Positions 1-9,545 are shown, numbered from the stretch's first letter. The stretch is DNA of 32,000 nucleotides from Synechocystis sp. PCC 6803 substr. PCC-P (GCF_000284455.1 NC_017039.1:3390001-3422000); one strand, 5' to 3'. Numbers and translations: made by a program. The notes: generated by a model from the sequence alone, not told the origin.

Positions 1-128
1 GCAGCGGTTTTCATAGCAATGTTTCCTAGTGAGAAGACTGTCCATCGCTATTATGACAAATTATAAATTTTTGTGAAGAAATGTTAAGACAAAATTGCCA
101 CTGGCACAAGCTGACCCCTGAACACAGG

Positions 129-1280
129 TTAGAAAATATCCGCCGGATCTGCGGCCCGCAAACGCCCCACGGCGATCGCCCCGGAAATGCAACACATGGC
201 AATGGTCATAATTAATACAGTTAACGCCCTGGCCGTGGTCATAATCAGGGGCAAACCCGTGGCCCGGGCTGTGTTGGTGTAGAGTAGAATCCCCAAGCCA
301 AAACTGGGTAAAAAGCCAATCACTGCTAGCAATAGGGCTTCTTGGAACACAACTCCCAACAAATAACGATCGCCGTAGCCAATGGCTTTGAGGGTGGCAT
401 ATTCCGGTAAATGGTCAGAAACGTCGGTGTAGAGAATTTGGTAAACAATGACGGTGCCCACAATGAAACCCATAGCGGTGCCCAAACCAAAGACAAAACC
501 AATGGTGGTGCGGGTTTGCCAATAATTCAATTCGTATTGGACTAACTTTTCCTTGGTGAAAACCTGGACATCCCCCTCGGTTAACTCTTGGCGGATTTCC
601 TCCGCTACTTTTTCCGGATCAGCGCCGGGTTTGAGTTGCAAAATACCCGCATCAATGGAACTGCGGTCCCGATTAGGAAAAAGACGGAAGAAATTCAAAT
701 CGCTGGTAATTAAAGTCCCATCCGCCCCAAAGGAAGAACCGAGGGTGAATAAACCCTGCACCTGGATGCGGCGATTACCCACTTCGGTGAAAACTGGGCC
801 GTCGGCTTCTAACAGGGCCGGCACTGGGCCAAATTCTTCCCTGGAGTCTTGGTCAAACAGGAACACGTCGGGGCGCTTAATCAAATCTAAATTTTCGGCT
901 ACCCCTGGTAGATTGATCGGATTGTTAACGGGGTTGAAACCCATGATGTAAATCTGGCGGCTGACTTTAGTTTCCGGGTTTTTCCAGCGGTTGATGTCAA
1001 TGTAGAGGCTAGTGCCATCCTTAACAGAGGCGTTGCCCATGGCCTGGTATAAACGGCGGGCTGCAAAAGGGGTGGGGTTAACAAAGGTGTCCGTTTGGGT
1101 ACTGAGAATGAATAAATCCCCTTGCAAACTTTTAGGAACCCGGACTGCACTGTCAAACAAGGCATTTTTGAACCCCAGTTGCATAAAAATCAGCACATCG
1201 GCAAAGGCAATGCCGGCGATCGCCGCCAGGAGTCGCATCCTTTCATGGAATAGCTGGTGCCAGGCAAGGGGAATTTTCAT
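129..1280 (-). CDS. DevC-family ABC exporter inner-membrane permease (FtsX/MacB-like)
   Basis: 383-aa ORF. The N-terminus MKIPLAWHQLFHERMRLLAAIAGIAFADVLIFMQLGFKNALFDSAV is the characteristic start of cyanobacterial DevC permeases. Layout is one N-terminal TM, a long soluble loop, then a hydrophobic C-terminal FtsX-type bundle. It lies 41 bp downstream of, and co-directional with, the DevB-like gene. Confidence 0.85.
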   Translation of the reverse strand: MKIPLAWHQLFHERMRLLAAIAGIAFADVLIFMQLGFKNALFDSAVRVPKSLQGDLFILSTQTDTFVNPTPFAARRLYQAMGNASVKDGTSLYIDINRWKNPETKVSRQIYIMGFNPVNNPINLPGVAENLDLIKRPDVFLFDQDSREEFGPVPALLEADGPVFTEVGNRRIQVQGLFTLGSSFGADGTLITSDLNFFRLFPNRDRSSIDAGILQLKPGADPEKVAEEIRQELTEGDVQVFTKEKLVQYELNYWQTRTTIGFVFGLGTAMGFIVGTVIVYQILYTDVSDHLPEYATLKAIGYGDRYLLGVVFQEALLLAVIGFLPSFGLGILLYTNTARATGLPLIMTTARALTVLIMTIAMCCISGAIAVGRLRAADPADIF

Positions 1281-1321
1281 CTACTAATGTACTGATGGAT
1301 AAATCTTTGGTTGATTGATTG

Positions 1322-2677
1322 TTAGTTGGGGGCAGAAGGAGGAGCGCTGTCGGGTTCAATTTTGACCACCACTTTGGCGTTGCTCAAGCCGGCCACGGTT
1401 TTGCTGGCGCTGGGACTGAGGGCAATTTTTACTTCCACCACCCTGGCATCAATGTCGGCGGCGGGGTCGGAGTCCAGCACATCATTTTTGCCAATTCTCA
1501 AACCAATATTGGTAACTCGCCCTTCCAATTCACCGCTAAAGCTGTCGTTTTCACTACGCACCCAAGCAGTTTGACCTAGTTCCACCCGGCCAATGTCATT
1601 TTCATACACTTCCGCCACCACAATCATTTGGGACGTAATGCCGAGATCGAGGATGCCATTGGTATCACTAACTTTTTCTCCAGGGCGAGTATAAATTTTT
1701 AACACCTGGGAATCCACCGGAGCCCGCACCAGGGCAGTGTCCAACTCAGCTCGGGCTTCCTGGAAACGGGCCATGGCCAAATTCAATTCTGCTTTGGCTT
1801 TTTGCACATCCACCGGACGAATTTCGGCAATTTGAGATAGGGTGGCCCGGGCCGATTCCCTTTCCAGCACCATGGTTTGGGCGTCCTTATCTCGGACTGA
1901 TTGCTGTTCCCGAATTTGTTCTTCTAAAGTAGCTTCGGTTTTCATTAGCCGAGCCTGGGCTTCTCGCAAGCGCTGGTTGCTGGTCTCCAAATTCAAACGT
2001 CGCTGTTCCCAGTCTGCCATGGCGATCGCCCCATTTTCCGCCAAACTCCGATAACGCCGGTCATCGTTGGCCGCTTGATTTACCTCTGCCTGTAGGCGAT
2101 CGATGGTGGCCTGTTGCTCTAACTTTTCCCCTTCCAACTGCTTAACCAAATTGGCCAGGGCGGCTTGGTTGACAGCAAAATTCTGTTCTAATTCCGCCTG
2201 GGCTTTCCGGACTTGGGACTCCTGGGCAGCGATTTCTCCCCGTTTGGCACCGGCTTCAATGATGGCCAAATCTGCTTGGGCTACCCGAACCGATTCCTGG
2301 GCAGAAACCACAGCGGCGGCTTTTTGTTCGTAGGAATCCAGCACTGCCACCACCTGGCCTTCTTTGACTTTGTCCCCTTCTTTGACTAATACTCTGGCTA
2401 CTTTCGCCCCACCAAAAGAACCGGGGGAAGCGGAAAGCTTAATAATTTCCCCTAGGGGAGCAATGCGTCCCAGGGCGGCCACGGGCTTGTCTTCTGGAGC
2501 TTGAGTTGCGGGAGAAAGGGCACTGGAAGCGTTATCCTCCCCTTGATTGACCCCGGAACGGAGACTGTAAAAAATTATGCCCCCGGTGAATAAAACCCCC
2601 ACCACCATGGCCAAAATGATCCAACGGAGGCTATGGTCAGGGTTGGTAAGTTGTCCAGTCCTAGTGGATTCACCCAT
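1322..2677 (-). CDS. DevB-family / HlyD-type membrane fusion (periplasmic adaptor) protein
   Basis: 451-aa ORF. It has an N-terminal TM anchor (WIILAMVVGVLFTGGIIFYSL) and a long Ala/Gln/Glu-rich coiled-coil centre. Lipoyl/beta-barrel flanks are present (GEIIKLSA..VKEGDKVKEGQVVAVLD and VVAEVYENDIGRVELGQ). It sits directly upstream of the DevC-like permease. Confidence 0.85.
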   Translation of the reverse strand: MGESTRTGQLTNPDHSLRWIILAMVVGVLFTGGIIFYSLRSGVNQGEDNASSALSPATQAPEDKPVAALGRIAPLGEIIKLSASPGSFGGAKVARVLVKEGDKVKEGQVVAVLDSYEQKAAAVVSAQESVRVAQADLAIIEAGAKRGEIAAQESQVRKAQAELEQNFAVNQAALANLVKQLEGEKLEQQATIDRLQAEVNQAANDDRRYRSLAENGAIAMADWEQRRLNLETSNQRLREAQARLMKTEATLEEQIREQQSVRDKDAQTMVLERESARATLSQIAEIRPVDVQKAKAELNLAMARFQEARAELDTALVRAPVDSQVLKIYTRPGEKVSDTNGILDLGITSQMIVVAEVYENDIGRVELGQTAWVRSENDSFSGELEGRVTNIGLRIGKNDVLDSDPAADIDARVVEVKIALSPSASKTVAGLSNAKVVVKIEPDSAPPSAPN

Positions 2678-2780
2678 AAAGCAAAAAGGGCCAATAGCTT
2701 GAAAATGCTAAATGGATTGTAACATTTTGATACGGGAGGATTCAGGGCACGGGGACACAGTTATTGCTTATTGCTGGCTT

Positions 2781-3545
2781 TCAAGGGCGTAGATTTTCCC
2801 CCGCCTGTTGGTCCAGAAGCCAGATCAGTTCCCCCTGGGGCTGGATAAACCGGGCTGGATATTGTTGGGGGTCGGCTTCGGGGGCAAAAATTTCCCCTAA
2901 TGCATGCTGTTTACTGGCCCCTGCTACGAGAAAAACTACCGAACGGGCTCGGTTAATCAGGGGAATAGTAAAAGTTAACCGGGGTTGGCCATCTTTATTG
3001 CCCACCGTAATTAGGCGATCGCCAACGGTCAGGGCGGGGGTATGGGGAAAAAGGGAAGCGGTGTGGCCGTCGTCCCCTAAACCTAAAAGGATTAAGTCAA
3101 AGGCGGGGAAATGTCCTGCTTCCACCTGGAAAAAGGTGGCCAACTCATTTTCATAGGTCTGGGCATCCTGCTCAGGATCGGCCGCAGCAGTAGGCATGGG
3201 ATGAATATTGGCTTCGGGAATGTCCACCTGGTCCAACCAAGCGAGGCGGGCCATGCGTTGGTTACTGTCGGGGTGGTCCACGGAAACATAACGTTCATCG
3301 CCCCAAAAAACGTGGATCTTTTCCCAGGGGAGGGCTTGGCGGGCGAGGGCTTCATATAACGGTTTAGGGGTGTTGCCCCCCGATAGGGCAATGGTGCCTT
3401 GACCCCGCTCGGCGATCGCCTTGGTAATACGAGTGGTGACACAGACCAGGGCCCGTTCAATCAAAATTTGTTTATTTATCAACACATCCACTTGGGGAGC
3501 CATGGAAACCTCTGGGGAATGGATAATCTTGTTTTTCCCCTCCAT
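2781..3545 (-). CDS. pgl: 6-phosphogluconolactonase
   Basis: Carries GGNTPKPLYEAL, FWGDERYV, ILLGLGDDGHTASLFP and PRLTFT motifs typical of the Pgl/NagB sugar-phosphate isomerase fold. The longest ORF is 254 aa. The internal ATG at 3503 (MAPQVDVLINKQ..., 240 aa) is the more probable start. Confidence 0.9.
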   Translation of the reverse strand: MEGKNKIIHSPEVSMAPQVDVLINKQILIERALVCVTTRITKAIAERGQGTIALSGGNTPKPLYEALARQALPWEKIHVFWGDERYVSVDHPDSNQRMARLAWLDQVDIPEANIHPMPTAAADPEQDAQTYENELATFFQVEAGHFPAFDLILLGLGDDGHTASLFPHTPALTVGDRLITVGNKDGQPRLTFTIPLINRARSVVFLVAGASKQHALGEIFAPEADPQQYPARFIQPQGELIWLLDQQAGENLRP

Positions 3546-3589
3546 CTTGGAGTCGTTTCCCGTTTAGGTAAAGGAATTGTGGAATTTCT

Positions 3590-6088
3590 TCATCTTTTGG
3601 CTTTTTGATGGGCTAATTTACCGTAACCCCCCAAGAGCATTAGCCACGTTACCACCACCAACCAATGGAAAATGGCGATTAACCATAGGGAGCCACTGTG
3701 CCAATAAATTGCTGTGGTTGCCACCGCCAGTAGTCCGGTAAGACCGAGAAAAATAGGCTGGAAAAATACATTTCTTCCCCTGGGATAAAACAGGAGGGCG
3801 TTGAGGGGATGGTAGAGCAAAAAGAGCACTAAACTCAGCAGCATGGCCCCCAGCGTTGGCCAAAACAAATTCAGTTCCGTGGGATAGGGCAACAGCATAA
3901 CCCGAAACACTAATTCTTCCCCCAGCGCCGGCAGAAAGAATAGGGCCAGGATTGACTTCATACTGCCCCCCAAGGATTGCCCCCACCATTGCCATTGCAA
4001 TAGACCAAATTTAAAGCCCAAGGTCATGGCGATCGCCCCGTAGACGACAACAGCGATCCCGAAGAATTGCCAATCCTGGGGCCGGGGTAAAAATACTATC
4101 GCGGCCAAAATGCGCCGAGCTAAGGCGGAAAGAACAGGCACATCGCCAAAAATACCAGTGGGGGCCAGGGGTAAAATTTCCGGCATCGATCCTCCCACTT
4201 GGTTGGGGCGCATAAACCAAAGCTGAGCACCCTGTTCCAAGAAAATTTGGTTGAGAATATCCTGATTCAACCGGGGCAACATGGACTGCCAACTGAGCAG
4301 GGCATTGGCTAGGGTATTTTCCTGGATGAAATCGTATTGATTGGTGGGATTATCCGGATCTAAACCGGCTAGGGTGGCGGCATTGTTTTGCCAATCTTCC
4401 CTGGTAATACCCCTGGGTTTTAACATCGTCAACAGGCGATCGCCTAATTGCTGTAGCCGTTGGAAACGTTGATTTTCCGGGGAATTGCCATGCTGGGCTA
4501 ACCAAGTGATAATTTCCGGGCTATTTTGCACCTTTTGCTGTAGACCAACAATGGCCAAGTACAAAGCTTGGTTGGAATCCTGTACACAGGAAGCTGCTGG
4601 ACTAACCCCTGCGTAGCCAGTGCCATCCCCCGTGCGGTATCGAGCCATCATGATTTGCAATTGTTTTTGCAACTCATCCAGGGGAGAAAGTACGGAGCCG
4701 CCGAAGTTATAGTCCTCCAACACATCCAGTTTGACTACTACATCGGCAAAAGGACGACTCTGAATCCAGCCCCGCTGCAAATTACCCGCGTAGTTTTCCC
4801 AGGTTTGGGAACCAGCAATGATGCCCTGGGGATTATGGGCATAGACCTGATAGTAGGGAATTTCCCACTGCAACTCCTCTGTAAAGGGATCCCGGATAAC
4901 TTTGGGCAAGCTAAAGGAAAAATGCCCCGTCACCGTACCCAACATAATTTTTTCCCCCAATGCGCCCCCAATGCCGCCAAATAAATGCATCCCCAACAGG
5001 CGATCGCCTTCTTGCCATTGCCCTAAAGCTACTGCGGGGGAATCACTGCGGGGATCAACTAAAACCTTTTGGACTGTGCCTTTGCGAGCAGGGGTATTCT
5101 GCCAATTTTTGTGACTAATGTAGTCCCGACCGGGACCGAGGCGAAAAATTTGTTCATCGGGTTGCAATTGCACCAAGGATCGGGGGTTGAGGGATTGGAC
5201 CGTAAATATGCCATCTTTTCCCTGGGCACCATAGACGTACCAACCCGCCTGACCCACGGGGGAACTAGCCAAATCCCTGGGGGTGGACATAAACCGATCG
5301 CCGTTTAAGTGGGGTTGTTGGGGAATGCGAATGGTTTCCTGGGGCCCGTCAAACTCTTTACTGCCAGGGTTGTAATGTTGCACCAGCATCAAATCCGCTG
5401 GGCAGGGTTTAGTTCCAGGGCAATCCTGCGGTATGGCATTGGCGGGAGCATTGGGCGCAGGGCCAATAATTTTCACCAGGGCTTGGTAGCGTCCCGTCAC
5501 CATTTCCGGCATGGTGGCCAGTTTAATTTCCGCCTGGTTGCCCACAGGAACATTAACTTGGGCCTGGACAAACCGCACCAGCACATCGTCCACTGGTCTA
5601 GCTCCGGCCAAGGATTGCAAAGGCCCCACCTGCGATCGCCCATTTAAACGGTTGGGCAATAAATTTCCTGCCTGTTCACTCTTCAAAGCGGCAGGGGTAA
5701 AATTTACATCCGTGGTCACTAGTTTGAGGTATCTGTCCAAATCAGCATTGCTCTGCCAGGTGAGACGGAGTTTTTGTCCCACTAATCCCTGTTGGATAGA
5801 AGGCGCTTGATACAGTTCCAACCAAACCCAATCTCCTGTCCTGGCTTTAGTTTCTTCCACCGTCGGCAGGATTAAACGACCCAACCACTCTCCCAAAGGC
5901 CGATAATACGCCTCATCTAAATTCTGTTGCAGAGGATAATAATCTACCTGGTTGGCGGGCAACTGACTGCTAATTTGATAATCCGGGATGCGGCCAGAGG
6001 TTTCCTGAGGTTGAAACAGCGTAGCTAGGGAAATCACCACCAGAGCGGCGATCGCCACCAATACCATCCGCCAGCGCCATTGCTTCAT
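3590..6088 (-). CDS. Large membrane protein: signal-anchor, roughly 600-aa extracytoplasmic domain of unknown function, and C-terminal CPBP (CAAX/Abi) intramembrane metalloprotease domain
   Basis: 832-aa ORF with an N-terminal anchor (MVLVAIAALVVISLATLF). The C-terminal multi-TM region carries CPBP motif 1 (GEELVFRVMLLP, EExxxR), an FxxxH-like motif (LFLLYHPLN) and a distal His motif (AIFHWLVV). Confidence 0.75.
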   Translation of the reverse strand: MKQWRWRMVLVAIAALVVISLATLFQPQETSGRIPDYQISSQLPANQVDYYPLQQNLDEAYYRPLGEWLGRLILPTVEETKARTGDWVWLELYQAPSIQQGLVGQKLRLTWQSNADLDRYLKLVTTDVNFTPAALKSEQAGNLLPNRLNGRSQVGPLQSLAGARPVDDVLVRFVQAQVNVPVGNQAEIKLATMPEMVTGRYQALVKIIGPAPNAPANAIPQDCPGTKPCPADLMLVQHYNPGSKEFDGPQETIRIPQQPHLNGDRFMSTPRDLASSPVGQAGWYVYGAQGKDGIFTVQSLNPRSLVQLQPDEQIFRLGPGRDYISHKNWQNTPARKGTVQKVLVDPRSDSPAVALGQWQEGDRLLGMHLFGGIGGALGEKIMLGTVTGHFSFSLPKVIRDPFTEELQWEIPYYQVYAHNPQGIIAGSQTWENYAGNLQRGWIQSRPFADVVVKLDVLEDYNFGGSVLSPLDELQKQLQIMMARYRTGDGTGYAGVSPAASCVQDSNQALYLAIVGLQQKVQNSPEIITWLAQHGNSPENQRFQRLQQLGDRLLTMLKPRGITREDWQNNAATLAGLDPDNPTNQYDFIQENTLANALLSWQSMLPRLNQDILNQIFLEQGAQLWFMRPNQVGGSMPEILPLAPTGIFGDVPVLSALARRILAAIVFLPRPQDWQFFGIAVVVYGAIAMTLGFKFGLLQWQWWGQSLGGSMKSILALFFLPALGEELVFRVMLLPYPTELNLFWPTLGAMLLSLVLFLLYHPLNALLFYPRGRNVFFQPIFLGLTGLLAVATTAIYWHSGSLWLIAIFHWLVVVTWLMLLGGYGKLAHQKAKR

Positions 6089-6185
6089 CTGTGGACTGCC
6101 CTAAAAATTGCCATAAAAAAACACCTGGGGCGTCTTTCCTTGTTTCGACTCCAGATGTTTTTCTAATTTCCTCACACCTGTCCTA

Positions 6186-6213
6186 AGTATAAATCACCAA
6201 CGGGGATTGTCAA
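6186..6213 (-). promoter_or_regulatory. Near-consensus sigma70-type promoter upstream of the CPBP-fusion gene
   Basis: The minus strand reads TTGACA (6213-6208), a 16-nt spacer, then TATACT (6191-6186). This is about 100 nt upstream of the ATG at 6088. Predicted from sequence only. Confidence 0.4.
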
Positions 6214-6235
6214 GGCTTCAGACCTGGAAAAAAAC

Positions 6236-6544
6236 TTAATTTTCAAGAAACTTTGACCTAAAGCAGAACTCCGAAGCTTTTTCCATCGTCCTTCGCCGTA
6301 GATTGTGAATTTTTTCTAAGATTTTTAAAAATTCTTCAATCAGGGTTTCCCCTGGCCCAGCACCACTCCATAGACCAAAAACAAATTCCCCACTCGGATT
6401 GTTTTCGGTTAAGAGTTGTATAAAGGCCATCGCCATTTTAATAATCACGCTAAGATCACGGAGGATTGGCAAAAAGCCCAGGCTGATTGGTGACTTTTTT
6501 GGACAGCAACAACACTTCCCTGGATCGGCTTTGCCTTTCCCCAT
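6236..6544 (-). CDS. Hypothetical protein (possibly shorter, starting at internal MAMAFIQLL...)
   Basis: 102-aa ORF with no family I recognise. The N-terminus (GKADPGKCCCCPKKS) is odd and may not be translated. Coding status is uncertain. Confidence 0.3.
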   Translation of the reverse strand: MGKGKADPGKCCCCPKKSPISLGFLPILRDLSVIIKMAMAFIQLLTENNPSGEFVFGLWSGAGPGETLIEEFLKILEKIHNLRRRTMEKASEFCFRSKFLEN

Positions 6545-6725
6545 CTGACAGTGTAATTGGTTGATTATTTCAGTGGCCCGGCCGATGGATAATTACCATG
6601 GCCCGACCGACCGGGATTTCCAGACCAGTTTGAACAGTATTAAATTAGCCTTTCCGGACAAGGCCTCTGTGAAAATCTTAAAAAAGTATTAAGATTTTAA
6701 AAGCTAGCTTATTTTCGGAGGAAAT

Positions 6726-7088
6726 GTGTTTACTCGACTTGCCCAGCAACACCGCGATTTCGTGAAGGATTTAGTCATGAGCTTGAGGGCTTTGGCCACT
6801 GTGCTCGAAAATCGGGGCTACATTGCTTCTTGCTACACCTGTGGCGACCAACTCAACAGCGCCTCCTTCATGGTGAGCTTGGGGGAAAATCATCTGATCC
6901 GCTTTTTGGTATCGGACTACGGCATCACCTGGACAGAAATGCGGGATGACCGAGAATTAATGAAATTAGAAGGAGCCGAGGCGATCGCCCAATTGGAAGA
7001 ATTGGCCAATGTGGTCAAATATTGCCTAGCAGATGCCCCCAAAGGTGGCCGCAAAAAGCGCAAAACCGCCCAACTACAACTAGTCTAG
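6726..7088 (+). CDS. Conserved hypothetical protein with basic C-terminal tail
   Basis: 120-aa ORF with a GTG start preceded by GGAGGAAAT (a good Shine-Dalgarno). Contains one HIP1 site. The C-terminus is KGGRKKRKTAQLQLV. I recognise no family. Confidence 0.55.
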   Translation: MFTRLAQQHRDFVKDLVMSLRALATVLENRGYIASCYTCGDQLNSASFMVSLGENHLIRFLVSDYGITWTEMRDDRELMKLEGAEAIAQLEELANVVKYCLADAPKGGRKKRKTAQLQLV

Positions 7089-7283
7089 GGCCCTTGCCAT
7101 AACCCCCGATAGCGTGAGTTACCAGGAAATTCCCGCTGATAGTCCCCTGTAAAGCAAGGGAGCTGGAATAGTTTGTTTTACCGTAAGGTGTTGACTCCCC
7201 TGCCGGTCAAAACTGTGGAAAGTAAAATACCCACGCCGAACCTAAAATTAGAGCTTGGGAATTGCCGTGACATGTTTCTACGC

Positions 7284-9545
7284 CTAAGCTCGAGGCAAAT
7301 GGTTATAGCGTTTTAAACAGATAGTAACTGTTGTTCCCTGGTCAACTGCACTTTTTAGCAAGATACTGCCACTGTGTAAGTCAACACATTTCTTGGCAAC
7401 CATTAAACCGAGTCCTGTTCCCGTAATATTTCTGACATTTTTGCCCCGATGAAAGGGTTCAAAAATTTGCTTTTGGTCCTCTGGCGAAATGCCAATGCCC
7501 TGGTCGGTGACTTCAAAAATAATCTGTTCCGAATCTAGGCTTAGGGCAATTTTAATCTGCCCTCCCCCGGGAGAGTATTTAATCGCATTAGATAACAGAT
7601 TAGATAAAATAGACCGCACTAACCTTTCATCCACCAATGCCTTCGTATCTTGAGCGCTACAAATAAAGTCAAAATAATATTGGTCACTGACACTTAATTG
7701 AATTTCTTCGATAAATTGCTGGAACAATAATTTCAAATCTAACCAATTAGGATTAAATTCCAATTTGCCCGCTTCGGCACGGTTAATGATTAAAATATCA
7801 TCCAGGAGCTGTACCATATTTTTCACGGAATTTTGAATACGGTGTAAGTTCCGGCTACGCTTATCGGGATCAAGCCAGGCCACTTCAGAATTTTCCAGTA
7901 ATTGGGCAGCAGCTAAGGCCGTACTGAGGGGAGTACGAAATTCATGGGAAGCCATGGAGAAAAAACGAGTTTTTAGGCGGCTTAATTCTTTTTCCCGTTC
8001 TAAAGCTAGGCGGACTTCCTCCGTGCGTCGGCGCTCAGTGACATCCCTTTGCACAGCAATCCAATGGGTGTAAAAACCTGTTTTATTGGCAACGGGCACC
8101 AGACTAAATTCCACCCAAAACTCACTGCCATCCTTACGATAATTAATCACTTCAACGGTAACTGATTGCCATTGACTAATGGCTTGCCGCACCCTATCTA
8201 ATTCAGTGCGACTAGTTTTTGGTCCCTGTAAAACTCGGGGGGTTTTGCCTAGCATTTCTTCAGCAGTATAACCGGTGATTTTAGTAAATGCTTCATTGAC
8301 ATAGAGAATTCTCGGCCCGGGATCATCAATGGGCTCCGCTTCCGTAATCACCACCGCATCATTAGTATTAACCACAACGGATTGTAGCAAACGAATTTGT
8401 TCTGCCTGCCGCTTTTGCTCGGTAATATCGGCGACAACCGCCACCAATCCGGCAATATTTTCTTCACTATCCAATAGGGGAGCAGCGGAAAGGACAATTT
8501 CAATCCAACTACCATCTTTTTTTTGACATTTTAATTCTAGGCTAGGGGAAACCATGCCTGATAAAACTTTCTGTTTAAATTGCTGATAATCTTCCAGCAA
8601 AATGTTGGATGTTAATAATTCTGGATGGGCAATAATTTCTGTTTCTGTCCAACCAAAAATACGTTCTGCTGTAGGATTCCAAATCTGAATTTGGTCTGCT
8701 AAATTAAGGGTAAAAATACCCCTGGGGGAGGCCGCAATCAGGGATTGCAGAGTATGGTTAGTGTGGCGGAGAGCGGCTTCCGTTTTTTGTCGCTCACTGA
8801 TTTCCATTCTTAGGGATTGATTGGTGGCGGCAAGTTGCTGGGTGCGTTTTTCGACTCGGTTTTCCAAATCTTTATTGAGTTGCTGTAATTGCTCATATAA
8901 TTCCGATTGTTGGATGGCGATCGCGACCTGATTGGCTAGCTGTTTCATTAACTCCACTTCCCACGGTTGCCATGGCCGGGTAAAAGCACATTGATGGGTA
9001 ATTAACAGCCCCCAAAGATAGGGAAATTCTGATTCATTATCTAGGGAAGAAGCACGATTATGTTGAAGAATGGGCACTACTAATTTTGATTTCACGCCAA
9101 ATTGTTTGACGAAATCAGCTAGGCAAATCTCTATGTCATCCTGGTCAATGTCATTAATGGCCCGTACTTTACCTTTGGTGTAGGCTTGATGGTATTCAAC
9201 GGGAAAAACTTCATCGGAAAAGGTCCGCCCTAAAATACTAGGATAATTGGCATTCACCGATTCCGTAATGGCGCTGCCCGTGCCATCTTGCCAAATGCGA
9301 TAAATTAGAACTCGATCAACTTGCAACAGGGTTTTAACTTCAGCGACGGTGGTATTTAAAACCGTTTCCAAGTTTAAAGATTGGCGGATATGTTGGGTAA
9401 TTTGGTTAATAAATCGTTCCCGTTGGGTTTGTTGCTTGATGCTAATTTCAATCCTGCGGCGTTCTTGGTTTTGTCTGTGCCATAAATAACAGGTCATGGC
9501 GATCGCCAGAAAAACAAATTCGATTGGAATTAGAAATTTGCCCAT
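7284..9545 (-). CDS. ccaS: Cyanobacteriochrome sensor histidine kinase CcaS (TM - GAF - PAS - PAS - HisKA - HATPase)
   Basis: 753-aa ORF with an N-terminal TM (FLIPIEFVFLAIAMTCYLW). The GAF domain has Cys141 in DDIEICLADF (codon at 9123-9125), plus WGLLITHQC. Two PAS modules are present (IWNPTAERIFGW.., ILYVNEAFTKITGY..). The H-box is SMASHEFRTPL and the G-boxes are DQGIGI / GTGLGL. Length, Cys position and the neighbours (cpcG2, ccaR) match published CcaS. Confidence 0.9.
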   Translation of the reverse strand: MGKFLIPIEFVFLAIAMTCYLWHRQNQERRRIEISIKQQTQRERFINQITQHIRQSLNLETVLNTTVAEVKTLLQVDRVLIYRIWQDGTGSAITESVNANYPSILGRTFSDEVFPVEYHQAYTKGKVRAINDIDQDDIEICLADFVKQFGVKSKLVVPILQHNRASSLDNESEFPYLWGLLITHQCAFTRPWQPWEVELMKQLANQVAIAIQQSELYEQLQQLNKDLENRVEKRTQQLAATNQSLRMEISERQKTEAALRHTNHTLQSLIAASPRGIFTLNLADQIQIWNPTAERIFGWTETEIIAHPELLTSNILLEDYQQFKQKVLSGMVSPSLELKCQKKDGSWIEIVLSAAPLLDSEENIAGLVAVVADITEQKRQAEQIRLLQSVVVNTNDAVVITEAEPIDDPGPRILYVNEAFTKITGYTAEEMLGKTPRVLQGPKTSRTELDRVRQAISQWQSVTVEVINYRKDGSEFWVEFSLVPVANKTGFYTHWIAVQRDVTERRRTEEVRLALEREKELSRLKTRFFSMASHEFRTPLSTALAAAQLLENSEVAWLDPDKRSRNLHRIQNSVKNMVQLLDDILIINRAEAGKLEFNPNWLDLKLLFQQFIEEIQLSVSDQYYFDFICSAQDTKALVDERLVRSILSNLLSNAIKYSPGGGQIKIALSLDSEQIIFEVTDQGIGISPEDQKQIFEPFHRGKNVRNITGTGLGLMVAKKCVDLHSGSILLKSAVDQGTTVTICLKRYNHLPRA

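Noticed and set aside
1-14. A minus-strand ATG at 14-12 (MKTAA...) starting a gene that leaves the window
   Set aside because: Only about five codons are visible, so neither the existence nor the identity of a gene can be supported. It is mentioned only in the DevA discussion.
553-2333. Multiple 70-130-aa plus-strand ORFs (553-951, 1012-1287, 1319-1579, 1842-2054, 2103-2333) inside the devC/devB-like genes
   Set aside because: They lie antisense to, or overlap, long ORFs with clear family signatures. Their products are low-complexity (Ala/Ser/Arg-rich) with no recognisable motifs, typical of shadow ORFs.
3092-5810. Numerous 70-140-aa ORFs on both strands inside pgl and the 832-aa gene (for example 3092-3460, 3618-3995, 4568-4984, 5309-5647)
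   Set aside because: They are out-of-frame or antisense overlaps with strongly supported long ORFs. Their compositions (Gly/Pro/Arg-rich) are typical of non-coding frames in GC-biased coding DNA.
7091-7158. Long-range complementary arms CCCTTGC (7091-7097) and GCAAGGG (about 7152-7158), with inner GATAGCG / CGCTGATAG, downstream of the 120-aa ORF; a possible structured RNA or terminator
   Set aside because: The stems are short and the inner pairing is imperfect. The T-tract is about 12 nt away from the stem. I could not distinguish it from chance complementarity without folding or covariation analysis.
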